From Penicillus capitatus (Eukaryota; Plantae; Chlorophyta): DNA of 64,000 bases. The notes beneath the pieces are model-generated. The model had not been told where the DNA came from, made no database searches, and worked only from the letters and a program-made list of their open reading frames with translations. This document shows, piece by piece, positions 22,371-34,000 of the stretch. The stretch is taken from assembly GCA_965649825.1 (NCBI GenBank), contig OZ287708.1:577411-641410 (forward strand). The letters run 5' to 3'. Within the stretch, counting starts at the first letter, position 1, and the number at the start of each line of letters is the position of its first letter. The position numbers and the translations under genes were made by a program.

Positions 22371-23402
22371 CTAAGCAACGGCAACGCGCTTGCTTTTTTG
22401 CTGTATGAAGGCGCGGAACATCTCGAAGAAACAGAAAAATACAGCAGAGTTCATGCCATTGCTTAGTGCCCGTGGACCTACTCCTTGGAAAAAACCTCTG
22501 ACACCTTTGGTACGGACGATCTGATTGGCAACAGAAATCATCGACGGACGACTGGCGGCTGCGCACATCATATTCGTCTTGACAACATCCAGTGGTGTGC
22601 TGCAGGCAGCAGCCAGTGCTCCACTCATGGCTCCCATCACAAAATCTTCTTGAATGCTTGGCTGTCGGTCCGTGACGATGGACTGATGGACAGATCTCAA
22701 CGTTTCGTATGCAGCAAACTTGACAGCCATATCTGGAACATCTTCCAGCATCGTCGGCAGATATCCAGTGAAGAGACCACGCACACCAGCAGCTTTGGTG
22801 ATGGACACAGCAGCGGCGACAAAGTTGGGATAGACTCCAGCTTGGACGGAACGGATGCAGACTGCTAAAGGCACTTTCAGTACACTGCTTCCCACGGCAG
22901 CCGACCCGCCGCTAACGAACGCCACGGCTCCGGTGTTGAGACGCGTTCGTCGAGTCAGAACGTTTTTGGCTACGGTGTAGAAAGCAAAGTAGACTCCAAT
23001 AGCAAAGCCAGCCCCAGTTGTCGCCCCAATCACACCTTTATAGAGTGAGGATACAGTATTGGCCATGCGCCACAGAGGTGGGAGATTCTTTCCAATTCCT
23101 TTCACATTTTTCACATTTTTGGCAGATGTTTGCAATCGGACTTTCAATGTATCCAGCGGATGAATCGTTGCTTGAGATGCTGCTCGCGCTGTGGCTCCGG
23201 CCAAAACTTCACTGACAGGTTTAGAAGGAGGCGGTGGTGGTGGTGGGGCAACTGGAGCCACAGTGTCTGGAACAGTCAACGTTGTTGTGGTACGCATAGA
23301 AGCAGTTGTAGAAGCGAAGCATTTTTGGTGCATCTGCCGACCAGGTCTCATATTCCCACGACGAGGTCTTGCGGCCAAAAAACCGATGGAACCAGAATTC
23401 AT
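22371..23402 (-). CDS. Mitochondrial carrier family protein (SAM-carrier/MITOFERRINLIKE-type) with N-terminal extension, single exon
   Basis: Three carrier signatures: HPLDTLKVRLQ, VPLAVCIRSVQ (degenerate) and TPLDVVKTNMM. First ATG at 23402. Confidence 0.9.
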   Translation of the reverse strand: MNSGSIGFLAARPRRGNMRPGRQMHQKCFASTTASMRTTTTLTVPDTVAPVAPPPPPPPSKPVSEVLAGATARAASQATIHPLDTLKVRLQTSAKNVKNVKGIGKNLPPLWRMANTVSSLYKGVIGATTGAGFAIGVYFAFYTVAKNVLTRRTRLNTGAVAFVSGGSAAVGSSVLKVPLAVCIRSVQAGVYPNFVAAAVSITKAAGVRGLFTGYLPTMLEDVPDMAVKFAAYETLRSVHQSIVTDRQPSIQEDFVMGAMSGALAAACSTPLDVVKTNMMCAAASRPSMISVANQIVRTKGVRGFFQGVGPRALSNGMNSAVFFCFFEMFRAFIQQKSKRVAVA

Positions 23403-23727
23403 GATGGATGAACGGACAGTGAGGAAGAACCACAGCAACAAAAACAGGAACGATGGATGCTGAGCAGATCTTTCAGATAATAGCCTTCACGGCAGTGTAC
23501 GGTGCTGGTAGTCCTCGTTGAACCTACATGAAGACCGCGCCAATCTCACTTTCTCACTTATTGGTGTGCACAGGAGTCGTACTTCAATGTTGCAGAGTGA
23601 TGACCCTCTTAGAGGTAGTTGTAAGCTATTTTGAATGAGACAGGTCGAATGATGGTGACTGGTTTTGGACCAGGCACGAAACACTCGGATGAGGAGTTTC
23701 AACAAGAAACGCACACGACTGAAGACG

Positions 23728-24061
23728 CTATTCCACTTTGCGTTTCTGCAGTTTCTGGGTTGCGTCCGTGCCCCAAGACACTCCAAGTTCACCTACGCCA
23801 TGCACGACCGTCGTCTGTTATGTATCCGCAACACGAAGCCGTCGATGCAAGGGGCTTACAGTTTCCCGTCGTAAGTAGTTTTGACTGTCAATGGACTCGA
23901 CGCTCGTCGAAGATAGCAAGCTCACAATAAGGCAGGAGCTCCAGAGAACGACCTTGAAAACACCGAGCGCAGTCAGAGGAGTCGCCTGGATAGTCAAGCA
24001 TCGCGATGACCTCCAAATATGACAGCGCGAGTAACGAATAGTAGACTTTGCACTTAAGCAT
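23728..24061 (-). CDS. Possible small secreted protein (~75 aa, 3 exons)
   Basis: Manual model MLKCK|ATPLTALGVFKVVLWSSCLIVSLLSSTSVESIDSQNYLRRET|TTVVHGVGELGVSWGTDATQKLQKRKVE*, with one strong GTAAGC donor. No homology recognised. Confidence 0.25.
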
Positions 24062-24346
24062 TGACACCACCACGCATGCTTCTCTGTGCAGTAAAAGAAC
24101 GGCGGATGAAGAATTCAACAACGGCGATAATGCTCGGCGGCGGACGATTTCAATCGACCGGCTCAAAATACGTGTTCATGATCATGCATTAAACAACGAC
24201 AAATGGTGTCGACGGCATCGTGGCTGACGTATCTATCTATCTCTCTATTGTCAGTAGCAGCCGCTTTGTTTGATCGTTCGAGCGTCCTTACCGTATTGAA
24301 CTCCGTGGTCACTTGAGAAAACACAACGCTCTCCGTCTATAGCATC

Positions 24347-25406
24347 ATGGAAACAATGTCACGATTGGATATCGCCAAAGCAAATCGCATGGAACTCCGT
24401 GCTGGCGATGAGGACCGTATGGGATCGCGTCTGACAGAAAACGTGCGTTTCTGCGTTCTGGCCGAGCGACGTGAGCTGCGGGATTTGATGAATTCGCATG
24501 TGGCTGCGTAGACACTTTCGCGGGCGAGAACAGCGACGAGGCGGCTTGGTGCGTTGCGTAAATCGGTAGGGTTTGAAGGCGGGAGAGAGGCGCGTGTGAA
24601 TATGCTACTGTGTGTTTAGCAGCACGCTCCGGATGACTTCGGCAGTTTGGTGCAAGCATTGCCTGAAGTTCCGAATCGTGACGGTGGAGCCTCTCCTAGT
24701 AAATTCCAGGAAGTCCACACAAGTATCTGTCACGTGAGTCAAGCAAATGCGATTCTGAGAAAAAAACTGGAAGCCAAAAGCCAAAGGGCAAAACTCACGA
24801 GAGAGAATCTTATGCATCTCGAAGAAATCTACGAAACGAACCGACCTGCCGTAAGACACAATGGCTCAAAAGGATCAAAGTGTGAGATGGTATGGATGAT
24901 GGCGATGATGTGACAGATACAACGGCAGAGAAAGCAAGAATTCATTCGAAAAGAGATGGAGAAGGGGCGTCGAAGTGTGGCATCTCAGGAAGACAAATTA
25001 GCCCTTCTCAAGAAGATCGACGAAAGAGAAGAGAAGACGGATGTTGAGAGAAAGATTCGAGCGGACTCTGTCCTTGGGGACCTGCGCAAAGCAAAATTCC
25101 GTCATCTGGCGTTGATGGCCCAGAAGAGGCTACAATCCGTCAGACCACTTACCCACCCATCATGCTCTCTGCCTTGACATGACGTTCTGTTGCAGGTTTC
25201 GCCAGATGTCCTCAAAATGGAAGAAGAGAAAGGCGCATTGGCATCTCAAATCGATTGGTAATGATCTGCCTGATCTCTCGCAGCTGTGTGTGTGCCTTTG
25301 TGTACTGAAGTGGGTTTGTGTCTTTGTGTGGAGGTACTTGAGATTCTGTGGGGAGGGCGAGGAATTGCCAGAGGAGAGCCACAGTGGAACTGCCTCCCCT
25401 ATCTAA
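24347..25406 (+). CDS. Hypothetical coiled-coil protein (multi-exon)
   Basis: Exons splice in frame through GT-AG introns: METMSRLDIAK..|..ANAILRKKLEAKSQRAKLTRE..|IQRQRKQEFIRKEMEK..|..GTASPI*. Confidence 0.55.
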
Positions 25407-26389
25407 TCCCAGCCCATCCATCTTTCAGAACAATGATCCTAGCTTCTCTTAGAGTGTCAGAACGAAATCTCTATTCTTGTTCGCTGCCGATAGAGAACAG
25501 ACATGACTTTCGCTGTCTGATATCAAGGGGAGAGATTATATGTTCGTCGTCCATCCGTCCGTCCGGGTTGGGGTTTTAGTTGCCCCCACTTAAAATCTCT
25601 TGAATGACGCCAACACCATTTCTTCGACGTCATCGAACCCAGCCAAACTATGCAATCTCCAATTGGTCTATCTATCATGTCTATTACCACCTTCCTATAC
25701 ATAAGAAATGTCGTACGTAGTATGATGCATTCATGGGTCTCCTATAGATGGTCTCAGATCGTCCTACATTCCTTCATTTTTGTTCATGAGCGTTTCTAAA
25801 TGATGGTGGCACAAGTGGCTCTGCAGGAATGAAGAGTGTGAGATGGGGCGGATATCCTCTTAGCATGGGCTTATTTCTGAAGAAAATTTTGCGACCTGAC
25901 CCTTCATAGCGAAAGCGAAGTTCGTTCGACTTTTACTCCTGATATCAATAAGGGAAGACTCTGAACAATATCGACATGTACACTACCATCCAATTAACAG
26001 ACAGTAGGCCGAAATCTGCAAGGGATCTGTGGACCGATGAATGGATGGATATATGCAGAAGACACTGCTACCAAGTCGCCAACAGCGAATATCGGGAAAT
26101 ATACCGTTACCCGTTTGCTAACGCTGAAAAATAAAGATTGTTGATTGATTTAAGATCAGTATTTGAGTTTGATCTGCTCCTGTCACTTTTGCACCAGAAT
26201 TGCAGGTTCCACTACACGGCATTGTTTTCATGCAGAGCCATGGATGATGGGAATCTATAGAACTCGGGCAAAGAAGGCATCAACAAAACAGCATAGACAT
26301 GTATTTACAACCTCCTGTTCCATCGTCTGGTGAGAGTTTCTACGTCGAACGGTCCACGATCACGAATCCTGCACCGCGATGCGGACGGA

Positions 26390-27956
26390 CTAATAGTAGT
26401 ACTCGGTATGTCTGATGGCCTGGTGCAACTGGACGGCAGCAGTGACCGCTTCTCGTAATGAACTGCATGGAAAGGTATGCATGTATTCATCGGCACAGTT
26501 TTCTGAGACCGATCGACGGACATCATGTACGCGTCCGATCTTTCCTCCAACCGTATCCACCACAAAAATATACCTTCCAACCAAAGACCCGACGATACTG
26601 CCATGCAACCTGAACTGGAAATGTCATGTCAGGTGGTGGGTGCAGTAAAGATGCCTGTTGGTAATGAGGATACGTCCTTCGGAAACCAAATCGATGGCTG
26701 CATTGAGTCGAACATCGGCAAAGACAGAAGGGACAGCTTTGGAGACCTCTTCTTCATGTTCATTGGCATGGTACCACCAATCTCGATACTCAAAGGTCAT
26801 GTTGGCATCATCGAATTGCTCCTTGATCCATCCATATTGATTTTCATCCGACTTCACAACTTCGATGTCTTGACGCATCTGAATGAGCACATCGTAGCTG
26901 GGTCTCTTTGAGGCTGTCTGAGGACCCAGTATATAAGCAATATCGAGAGTGAGCAATGAAGAGAGATGTGGGTAGTGCCTCTGGGCAAATGAGAGGATTC
27001 AGGATCGAGAGGGACAAGCGTCACACACTTTGGCAAAATCGTAACTGTCCCGTTGCCGGGTCATGAGGACAAAGCTCCCAGGATCGATCTTCATCATGTA
27101 CGCATCATCCTCCTTCAGACTTTTTTCGCCCTCATGGTAATCGATGCTCTGTGGAAGCTGAATGACAGTGAAGTTCTTCGTGTTTCCAGCTTGGGTCAAA
27201 TCCTTTAGGTACTCTAATCTCTGTTTATGTACAAACCTACGCACGATCTTCATCACCACACTCATTTCTGCTCGACAGGATGGCGCACCGATACAGATCA
27301 CCCCAGTTTCCTCCTGCATGCAGCAGGACGAGTCCACCGCCTTTGACCAGTGCCTTGATCTTGGTCATGTCACAAGCCTGAAAGGCCTTGTCGATATGAT
27401 CCATGAATCCTTTCTGAGAAACGTAGCAAATGAGTTTGGGCGACACGCCAAATCGTGCAATCAGTTGGACAGCCGCTTTCCACAGAATATTATCTCCGAG
27501 GTTCGAATGCAGAGCGACGTCCATGAGCACCACACGTCCATTCGAGGCCTCAAAGAAAGGTGTGAAATCATGTATCAGTCGCTGCTGCAGATCTCTCAGA
27601 CATCTTAGTCTGTGCACTTCTTGCATAGCAAAGAGGCCCTCAGTGTCATTTGTTTGAAGCAGAGATGGTGTGGATCCTATGGCCATGGACAGATGCGTCT
27701 CTGCTGTGTTTGGTCCCAGGTATGTCTCTATAACCGTCGTCTCTGGGGTACTTCTCAGCAGAAACACCATTAGAAAGGCAATGCAGCAAAACGTCAGCAA
27801 CTGTAGCACAGTAATATGACTCCTCCTATTAAACAACGCGTTATATTTCTAAGGAGAGTGATGTGTGGGATGGATGGAATAGAGAGAAGAGGTGTCAGAT
27901 AGACGCACTCACTTTTCGAGAAGAGGACGCGATGACTGGGAACGGGGAAGCGACAT
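26390..27956 (-). CDS. Polysaccharide (ketal) pyruvyltransferase family, type II membrane protein (multi-exon, start approximate)
   Basis: N-terminal TM (LQLLTFCCIAFLMVFLL); HSNLGDNILW, LLHAGGNWGDLY, IQLPQSI, LMTRQRDSYDFA, DIAYILG and ILITNRH match EpsI/Pvg1-type motifs. TGTAA at 26305-26309. Confidence 0.85.
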
Positions 27957-28251
27957 TGAGATATCGAATGAAACGAAAGTGAGAAGAATCCAAGACAGTT
28001 GGAAGATGATATGGGTCCGTCAGACGTGAGCGGCAATTCTCTGTGACGCGACGTTTCGCGGTCGTGGCGCGAGCTTTCTTTGCTCTTCAACCGATTCTCA
28101 CTCATGTACGTCCGTTCTTGCGCTATTGGTACAAAGATTACGTGGTTTTGGAGCGGTTCCCCGCGAAATGGTCTTTTGTTCTCTGCGCCTCTTGCCATTC
28201 TCGTGCGTTCCTCCTACTCGATAAAGAATGAAGCACATCATCCTTCTCTTA

Positions 28252-30830
28252 TCATAAGTTACCTGAATCTTCGTCGTCATCTTCATCCGATCGCGCTCTT
28301 TTCTTCTCAGCTGCTGTCTCTTGGTCATCCTTCAGCCGCATTTTTCGCATTTTCTACCAAAAATCTGTCAGACAGCAGAGGGATAGTACGAGTGATTGAC
28401 CTCGAGGTAAGAGATGACTTCCTCCGTGTCGTTTCCTTGATCTTCCATAAGGCTTTGGATGACATCCCTTGCGAATTCGGGATAGTCCAGACAGAGAGAC
28501 TCCAGTTGATGCTGCAGCATCTGTTCAACCTTGGGAGTGTGTTCTTTGAGCCGGGCAATGGGCTTTTTGGATTCAGGTTTGGGCACAGGTTCGCCGTTGG
28601 TGTCACTCTCAGAATCATCGCTCCCATGGACAGCATTCTGCAGCTTCGTTTCCTTCTCTGTCTCTTCCCCACTCTGGTTCAACTTCCTAATGAGCTCTTC
28701 CAATTCCCTATGGGCACTAGAAAGAGTGAGATCCATAAAGAGTGAGAATGGAAGACCGGTTAATCAGTGCTGTCTTGAGAAAATCGGCGATGTCGGTTTG
28801 GCAGACCGGACAGGGCTTCACCACCTGCAGCAAAACAGATATAGATGTACCCGCTCTTTCCTTAAGAATCGTCATCACACTTTTCGAACACGTAGTGTTC
28901 TTCCCGTCATCTCTGTCCTGTTGATGACATCTTCCATGGAACTGAATTTTGCATCCAAGCACGATTTGCAGAAAGAGTGACCACAGGGTGTGCTGACAGG
29001 ACATCTCAATGTCTCTTGGCACATGCGGCATGTGAATTTCTTGAGAAGGCGTTGTGGATCAGGGGCCTACATTTTCTTATCCACTGCTGACCTAACTACT
29101 TTGCGAGTAGACCATTACTTTTCTGGGTTTGCCTTTTTTAGGAGCTGCATGGGGTGGCTGTTCGCGGGTAAACTCCCACAAGCCTGTGGCTTTGTTAAAG
29201 TCCCTTCCACAATGATACAGGCAATGAAGGGCACTGCATCCTCTGAATGTTCGCACCAGTAAGGGGTGTCACACATTCCGTACACCTTCCCAGAAGCTTC
29301 TTTGATTTCCCTTGTGGCATCGGACGGAACTTCGAGATTCGGAGCGTCTCCAATATCTAAGAGACATTCACAAAGTGTCGCCACTGTGCCGATAAAGCGG
29401 ACCTGTAGAGGACCAAGGCGCTGGGGCATTGTCGCAACGCACAAAGAGATACCTATGCATCACACTTTTGTTCGATGATAGGACCAACGAGAGAGATCAC
29501 CTGCACATGAGAAATTTCTGTTTGCCTGGTTTCCTCCAGCATCTCAAAATCCTGTAGATGCCGTCGTAACGCACCGGCATCTCAGGAGGAGGAGCATAGG
29601 CTGATCGCTTTTCCTGTATAACCCATTACTGTTACCGAAGCACATGTGCGATCTCGATGCACTGGACCTTGTGTGACCGAACGACACGGATCGGCAGTCC
29701 TTTGATGCAAGAGACTCGCAATGCCTCATTATACGATTTGAATTCTTGTTCGAATGATTGCGTCTGCACACCGTTTTCGGCATTGTTGAGATTGAGGAGG
29801 ATAACAGGGAATGGGTGTGACTTTGTTCGTTCGTCTGTTTCCGCTGAGATCACGTCCACCACTTCCGGTATACAGAAACCAGTCTCCGTTGTCCAAGTCA
29901 TCCTCGTATCCGCCAGACAACACAACGGACTGTGCCCCTGAATGAAGCATGTGCTCTTGATAAAGGCACAGAGATGCTCTCCTTAGCCGAACCTCGGTTC
30001 GCTTGTCCAGCAATTCCGGCAACGTGTGGAAAATGCGCACCATACTGACGGCAATCCATTCGATCCGCCCACCAGTCTCCAACACAGACACCCTGATCAG
30101 ACAGTCCTTTATGTAGGCCGTAGCCAAAGAGAACGAACTCTGTTGTTTTCTGGATCGTGTTCTGGGAGAATGGGTCCAAACCAATCATTCGGAACGTTTA
30201 CCATGATGCGTCCACTGGCAGCATTGGCTCTTCCATTTCGTCGAGCTCTCTCTGTGATGAAGGCTTTCTCTGGTCGGGAATCATTATCCATACGCACAAA
30301 TGGCTTGACTTCCCGCTTCTTCTGGCCCTTCTCCTGTGCCTTTGCCAATCGAATGGCTGTCACCAGCAGCGTATTGACACGCGGATTTGTCGAGAATTTT
30401 TTGGAGTAAGGTGCCCGGCAGGTCGGGCATCTCTCATTTCCTTTGCTCGCCCAGCGATTGAAACACGCTAAACAGAAGTTGTGTTGACAGGGTGCCTGGG
30501 TAGCAGCACTTTTCTCAGGCATAGTGATCTAAAAGCAATGGCGGCGCTCACTGTCACTGGCCGATCGCACACCGACAGACAGATCGTGCACTTGAGGGTC
30601 TCTTCCACGGGATCTTCTTCGGTTTCGCTCTCTATAATGGCCCATGTGCAAACAATCGGCCGAGGATCTACAGATCGATCAGTACTGTGATGTTCAGAGG
30701 CGTCGTCTGGTGCCGTCTTGGCAGCGTCTGGCATCATGAGCTTCTGACGAGCTTCCGATTTCTCCGTCTCACTCAATGACGCGTCCTGCATGATCGCAAG
30801 GATGCGTGTACGCAGCTCTATGTCGTCCAT
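28252..30830 (-). CDS. ORTH: ORTHRUS/VIM (UHRF1-like) RING-SRA-RING E3 ligase with C-terminal CUE-like segment (multi-exon)
   Basis: CTICLSVCDRPVT|APCQHNFCLACF..CPTCR; SRA HFPHVAGIAG, SVVLSGGYEDDLDNGDWFLYTGSGGRDLSGN, RYDGIY; second RING CPVCQTDI. Confidence 0.92.
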
Positions 30831-31029
30831 TTCGAACGAGAGTCGTCACGTCGCGCCGCCGCGTCGACTGTCAGTTGCGCGTTGTGATTCTTATTCGACG
30901 TCGATGCTGACAGAAACGTCAAAATCACGCGCAGCGAACTGCTTCGTCGGAAACGACGAAGAAAACGTCTTAGCCAAATGTTCGTTAACAAAATGGTCGT
31001 CATTAAGAGATTCTCGTCATTCGACGATC

Positions 31030-34000
31030 ATGAGATCGCAGGTGCGACGTCGAATCGCAACGGCGCTGCAGCAAGGCGCCGCTTTCAGATGTATGTCTTC
31101 CGATGCGAAAGGAAATGGACACGGTACACCACTGGAAACACTGCCGCCGATGGTGGCGCCAAAAGCGGCGGGGAGAGGACGGTCGAGTCAGTTAGCTGAA
31201 GATCTAGGGCTCAAACTTGATCCGGCAAAAGAAGCGCAGAAGCTTGCCAAATCTATGCCGCAAGTCACGCAATCGATGCCTGGGCTGCGAGGCGGAACGA
31301 GAGATCAGGTGAAAGAAACACGATCGACTATCCGTGTCGTAGAAGGCCAAAGCTCAAGCGGGCAATACAACTTTGAGCGTCTCTCAGGTCCTCAAAGACA
31401 GGGACCTCCGCCGATCACACACCTAGGCGACAAAAAGGCAGCGAAGAAACTCTCACCAGAGACAGCAGATACGCTACAAATCCGGCAGGAGCATCCTAAA
31501 ATGCAACAAGAACGCACACAAGTGAAGCAGGATCCTCCCCGGACACAGCATGATCGCACACAAGTCCGGCAAAAGCAACAACAAGTGGAGCAAGATCATC
31601 CGCAAACGCAGCACGATCGTTCACAGATAGAACAAGAGCAGCCGGTCGTGCAGCAGGATCGCAAACAAGCGCGACGAAAGCGACGACAAGTGAAGCAGGA
31701 TCCTCCCCAGACGCAGCATGAGCGTCAGGAAATACAGCAAGAGCGTTTGCGGGTGGAACAAGAGCGCCTGGAACTACAGCAAGAACGTCTGCGAGTGGAA
31801 CAAGAGCGCCAGAAAATTCAACAAGAGCGTCTGCAAATACAGCAACAGCGACAGGAACTTCAGCAAGAGCAACCACAAGTGCAACAAGCACATCATTTGT
31901 CAGAGTTTCGCTCTCAGAAGAAGGTGCAGAGAAGAGACGACGATAAATCTACATTGGTCGAAAAGGTTGCTTTATCAGATACTTCTCCTCAGTCCAGTCG
32001 CATAGCGTGTTGTACAGGATCAAGTTAGACTTGCACTGCCACTCAAAAAACAGCCACCCTCAAAAGCAACTGTCAGAAGAGCAACAGACACGAATATAAC
32101 ACAGGAAGAACGACCAATCGTGGCTAGGAAGGTTTATTTTTAAACGTTGTCTCCCTTAGCACATAACGTGCATTGCAGAGGGCACCAAAGACGAGTGCTG
32201 CTGCCGTCCCCTCTGTCGCTGCACTACAGAAGAAACCTAAACGCCAGTCAGTAGCTCGGCGTGTTCAGGCAGAGTTAGAGTGGGCAGAAGAGTTGATGCC
32301 AAGAAAGGAACAACTGATAGCAGCAGAGGAGCTATGGGCTGCGGAACTGGTTCCCCGCGCAGAACCAGAAATTCCAAAATCTCCCGTCGAGGATTGGCTG
32401 GACGAATTGTCACCTGCTGCAGCCATTGCTGCTGTGAGAAATGTCTCATTGGATGTCGTTAAGCTCGAATCGCGCATGCCTCATTCAATAACGCCAAAGG
32501 TTACATTGCAATAATTGGAAGACGGTAAAGGGGATGATTAGTCACTTTAGGTCACTCCATCTATTAGAGTACCTACAGCTCCAGTGCACAAAGGGTACCA
32601 AGAGGAGATGGAGGAGGTTGAGGAGACGATTCCAATGAGAGATATCGCCGCGCGAGTGGTTGTCGATGAGATTTCTAGAGAAGATGACATCGGCGAAGAG
32701 ACAGAGGGCATACCTGAACGTCATTGATCTGCTCATAGAATCCAGCTGATATCTTCTCTTTTGAAGGAGGCGTCACTGAATCAAGAACGGAAGAGGTGGA
32801 TGAAAGTGACATATCAACGGAGACTGATGAAGAGATCTTGTCGAAGATGGACTCAGAAACGGACCTAGAACCAATATCAGAGGGTGTGTGCAGATAGATC
32901 AGCCTTTCCAAACAAATGCTGCATTCGAACAGGTGAAGTGACAGATGAAGAAAGAAATGTGTCACAGGAACAAGACATCGTTGCCGAAACCATTGACAAA
33001 GAGACCACAGTCGAAGAAGTGGAAGAAGACACCTTGTCCGAAAGTGCGCGACTCCGAGAGGGTCTTCTTGGCATCATTTCTTTCATACAGGAGAAGTGGG
33101 GGAAGAAAAGACACTATTTGATCAAGGCATGACCACTGAAACAGTTGCAGCTACAGAAGAAACACTTCCAGAAGTGACAGAAGAGGCCGAAGTGGAAAAG
33201 ACAGAGATTTCTGACAGTATCTTCGATGCGAGAAGCAATTCGCAGAGATCATTTCTATTCATCCAGGAGTTGCCATGACAGACAGCTTCACGGTTCAAGA
33301 AACGAGACCACATGAAAAACGACATCATCATGTTCCTGACCAGACTCCATCTGCACAGATATTGGGCGGCGCGGTTGAGGAATATGTCATTGACGATCCT
33401 ACGTCGAAGACAGGAAAAGTGTGGTTGATAACTTCAGAGACTCGAAAATGCAAATCATTCAAATTCTCCGTGCGTTGTAGGTTATCGTTCAGTTCGATGA
33501 AGAAGAGCCATTCGATGAAGAACTGGAAAAATCAAGTCCACCATCTCCTCCTGAGGTAGGATCACTGCTATCGTCTATCATCACAGCGATCGTGCCGTTA
33601 AGGTGGCCAAGAAAATGCCAGATGAAGATGGCCTTTCAGTTTCTCCGGCAACACCGCAAGTGAATGAAGATGAACGTCCATTTCAAGTCAGTGGGGATGC
33701 AAAAAGAGACGACCCTGTAGCCTGGCGTTGATCTTATATCTAACTAAGCTGAATTGTGTGACTGTTTTTGTTAGATGGAGCACTTAGAGGATGACACAAC
33801 ACAATTCGACTCGACTCCATTTCCTGAGAAAGAAGTTCTGAAAGACGAGTCTATACCTTCAGAACCCGTTTCAGTTCCCGCGGAGATGCCAAAGGACAGG
33901 TCTTTTCAATTAAATTCAGCAGAAACGACGACAGAGGTATTGGAAGATAGCACCGCGCCATTCGACTCAAGTCCATTGCCCAAGGAGGAGGTTTTGAAGG

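Noticed and set aside
25410-26300. 0.9-kb region between convergent genes as an ncRNA or mobile element
   Set aside because: No repeat, hairpin or RNA-gene signature could be supported; long 3'UTRs are sufficient to explain it.
30790-31029. ORF-track N-terminal extensions (also 22081, 23441, 11458, 7227, 61916, 47483)
   Set aside because: Most begin at GTG/TTG and several run into neighbouring genes; downstream ATGs fit homologs and targeting peptides better.
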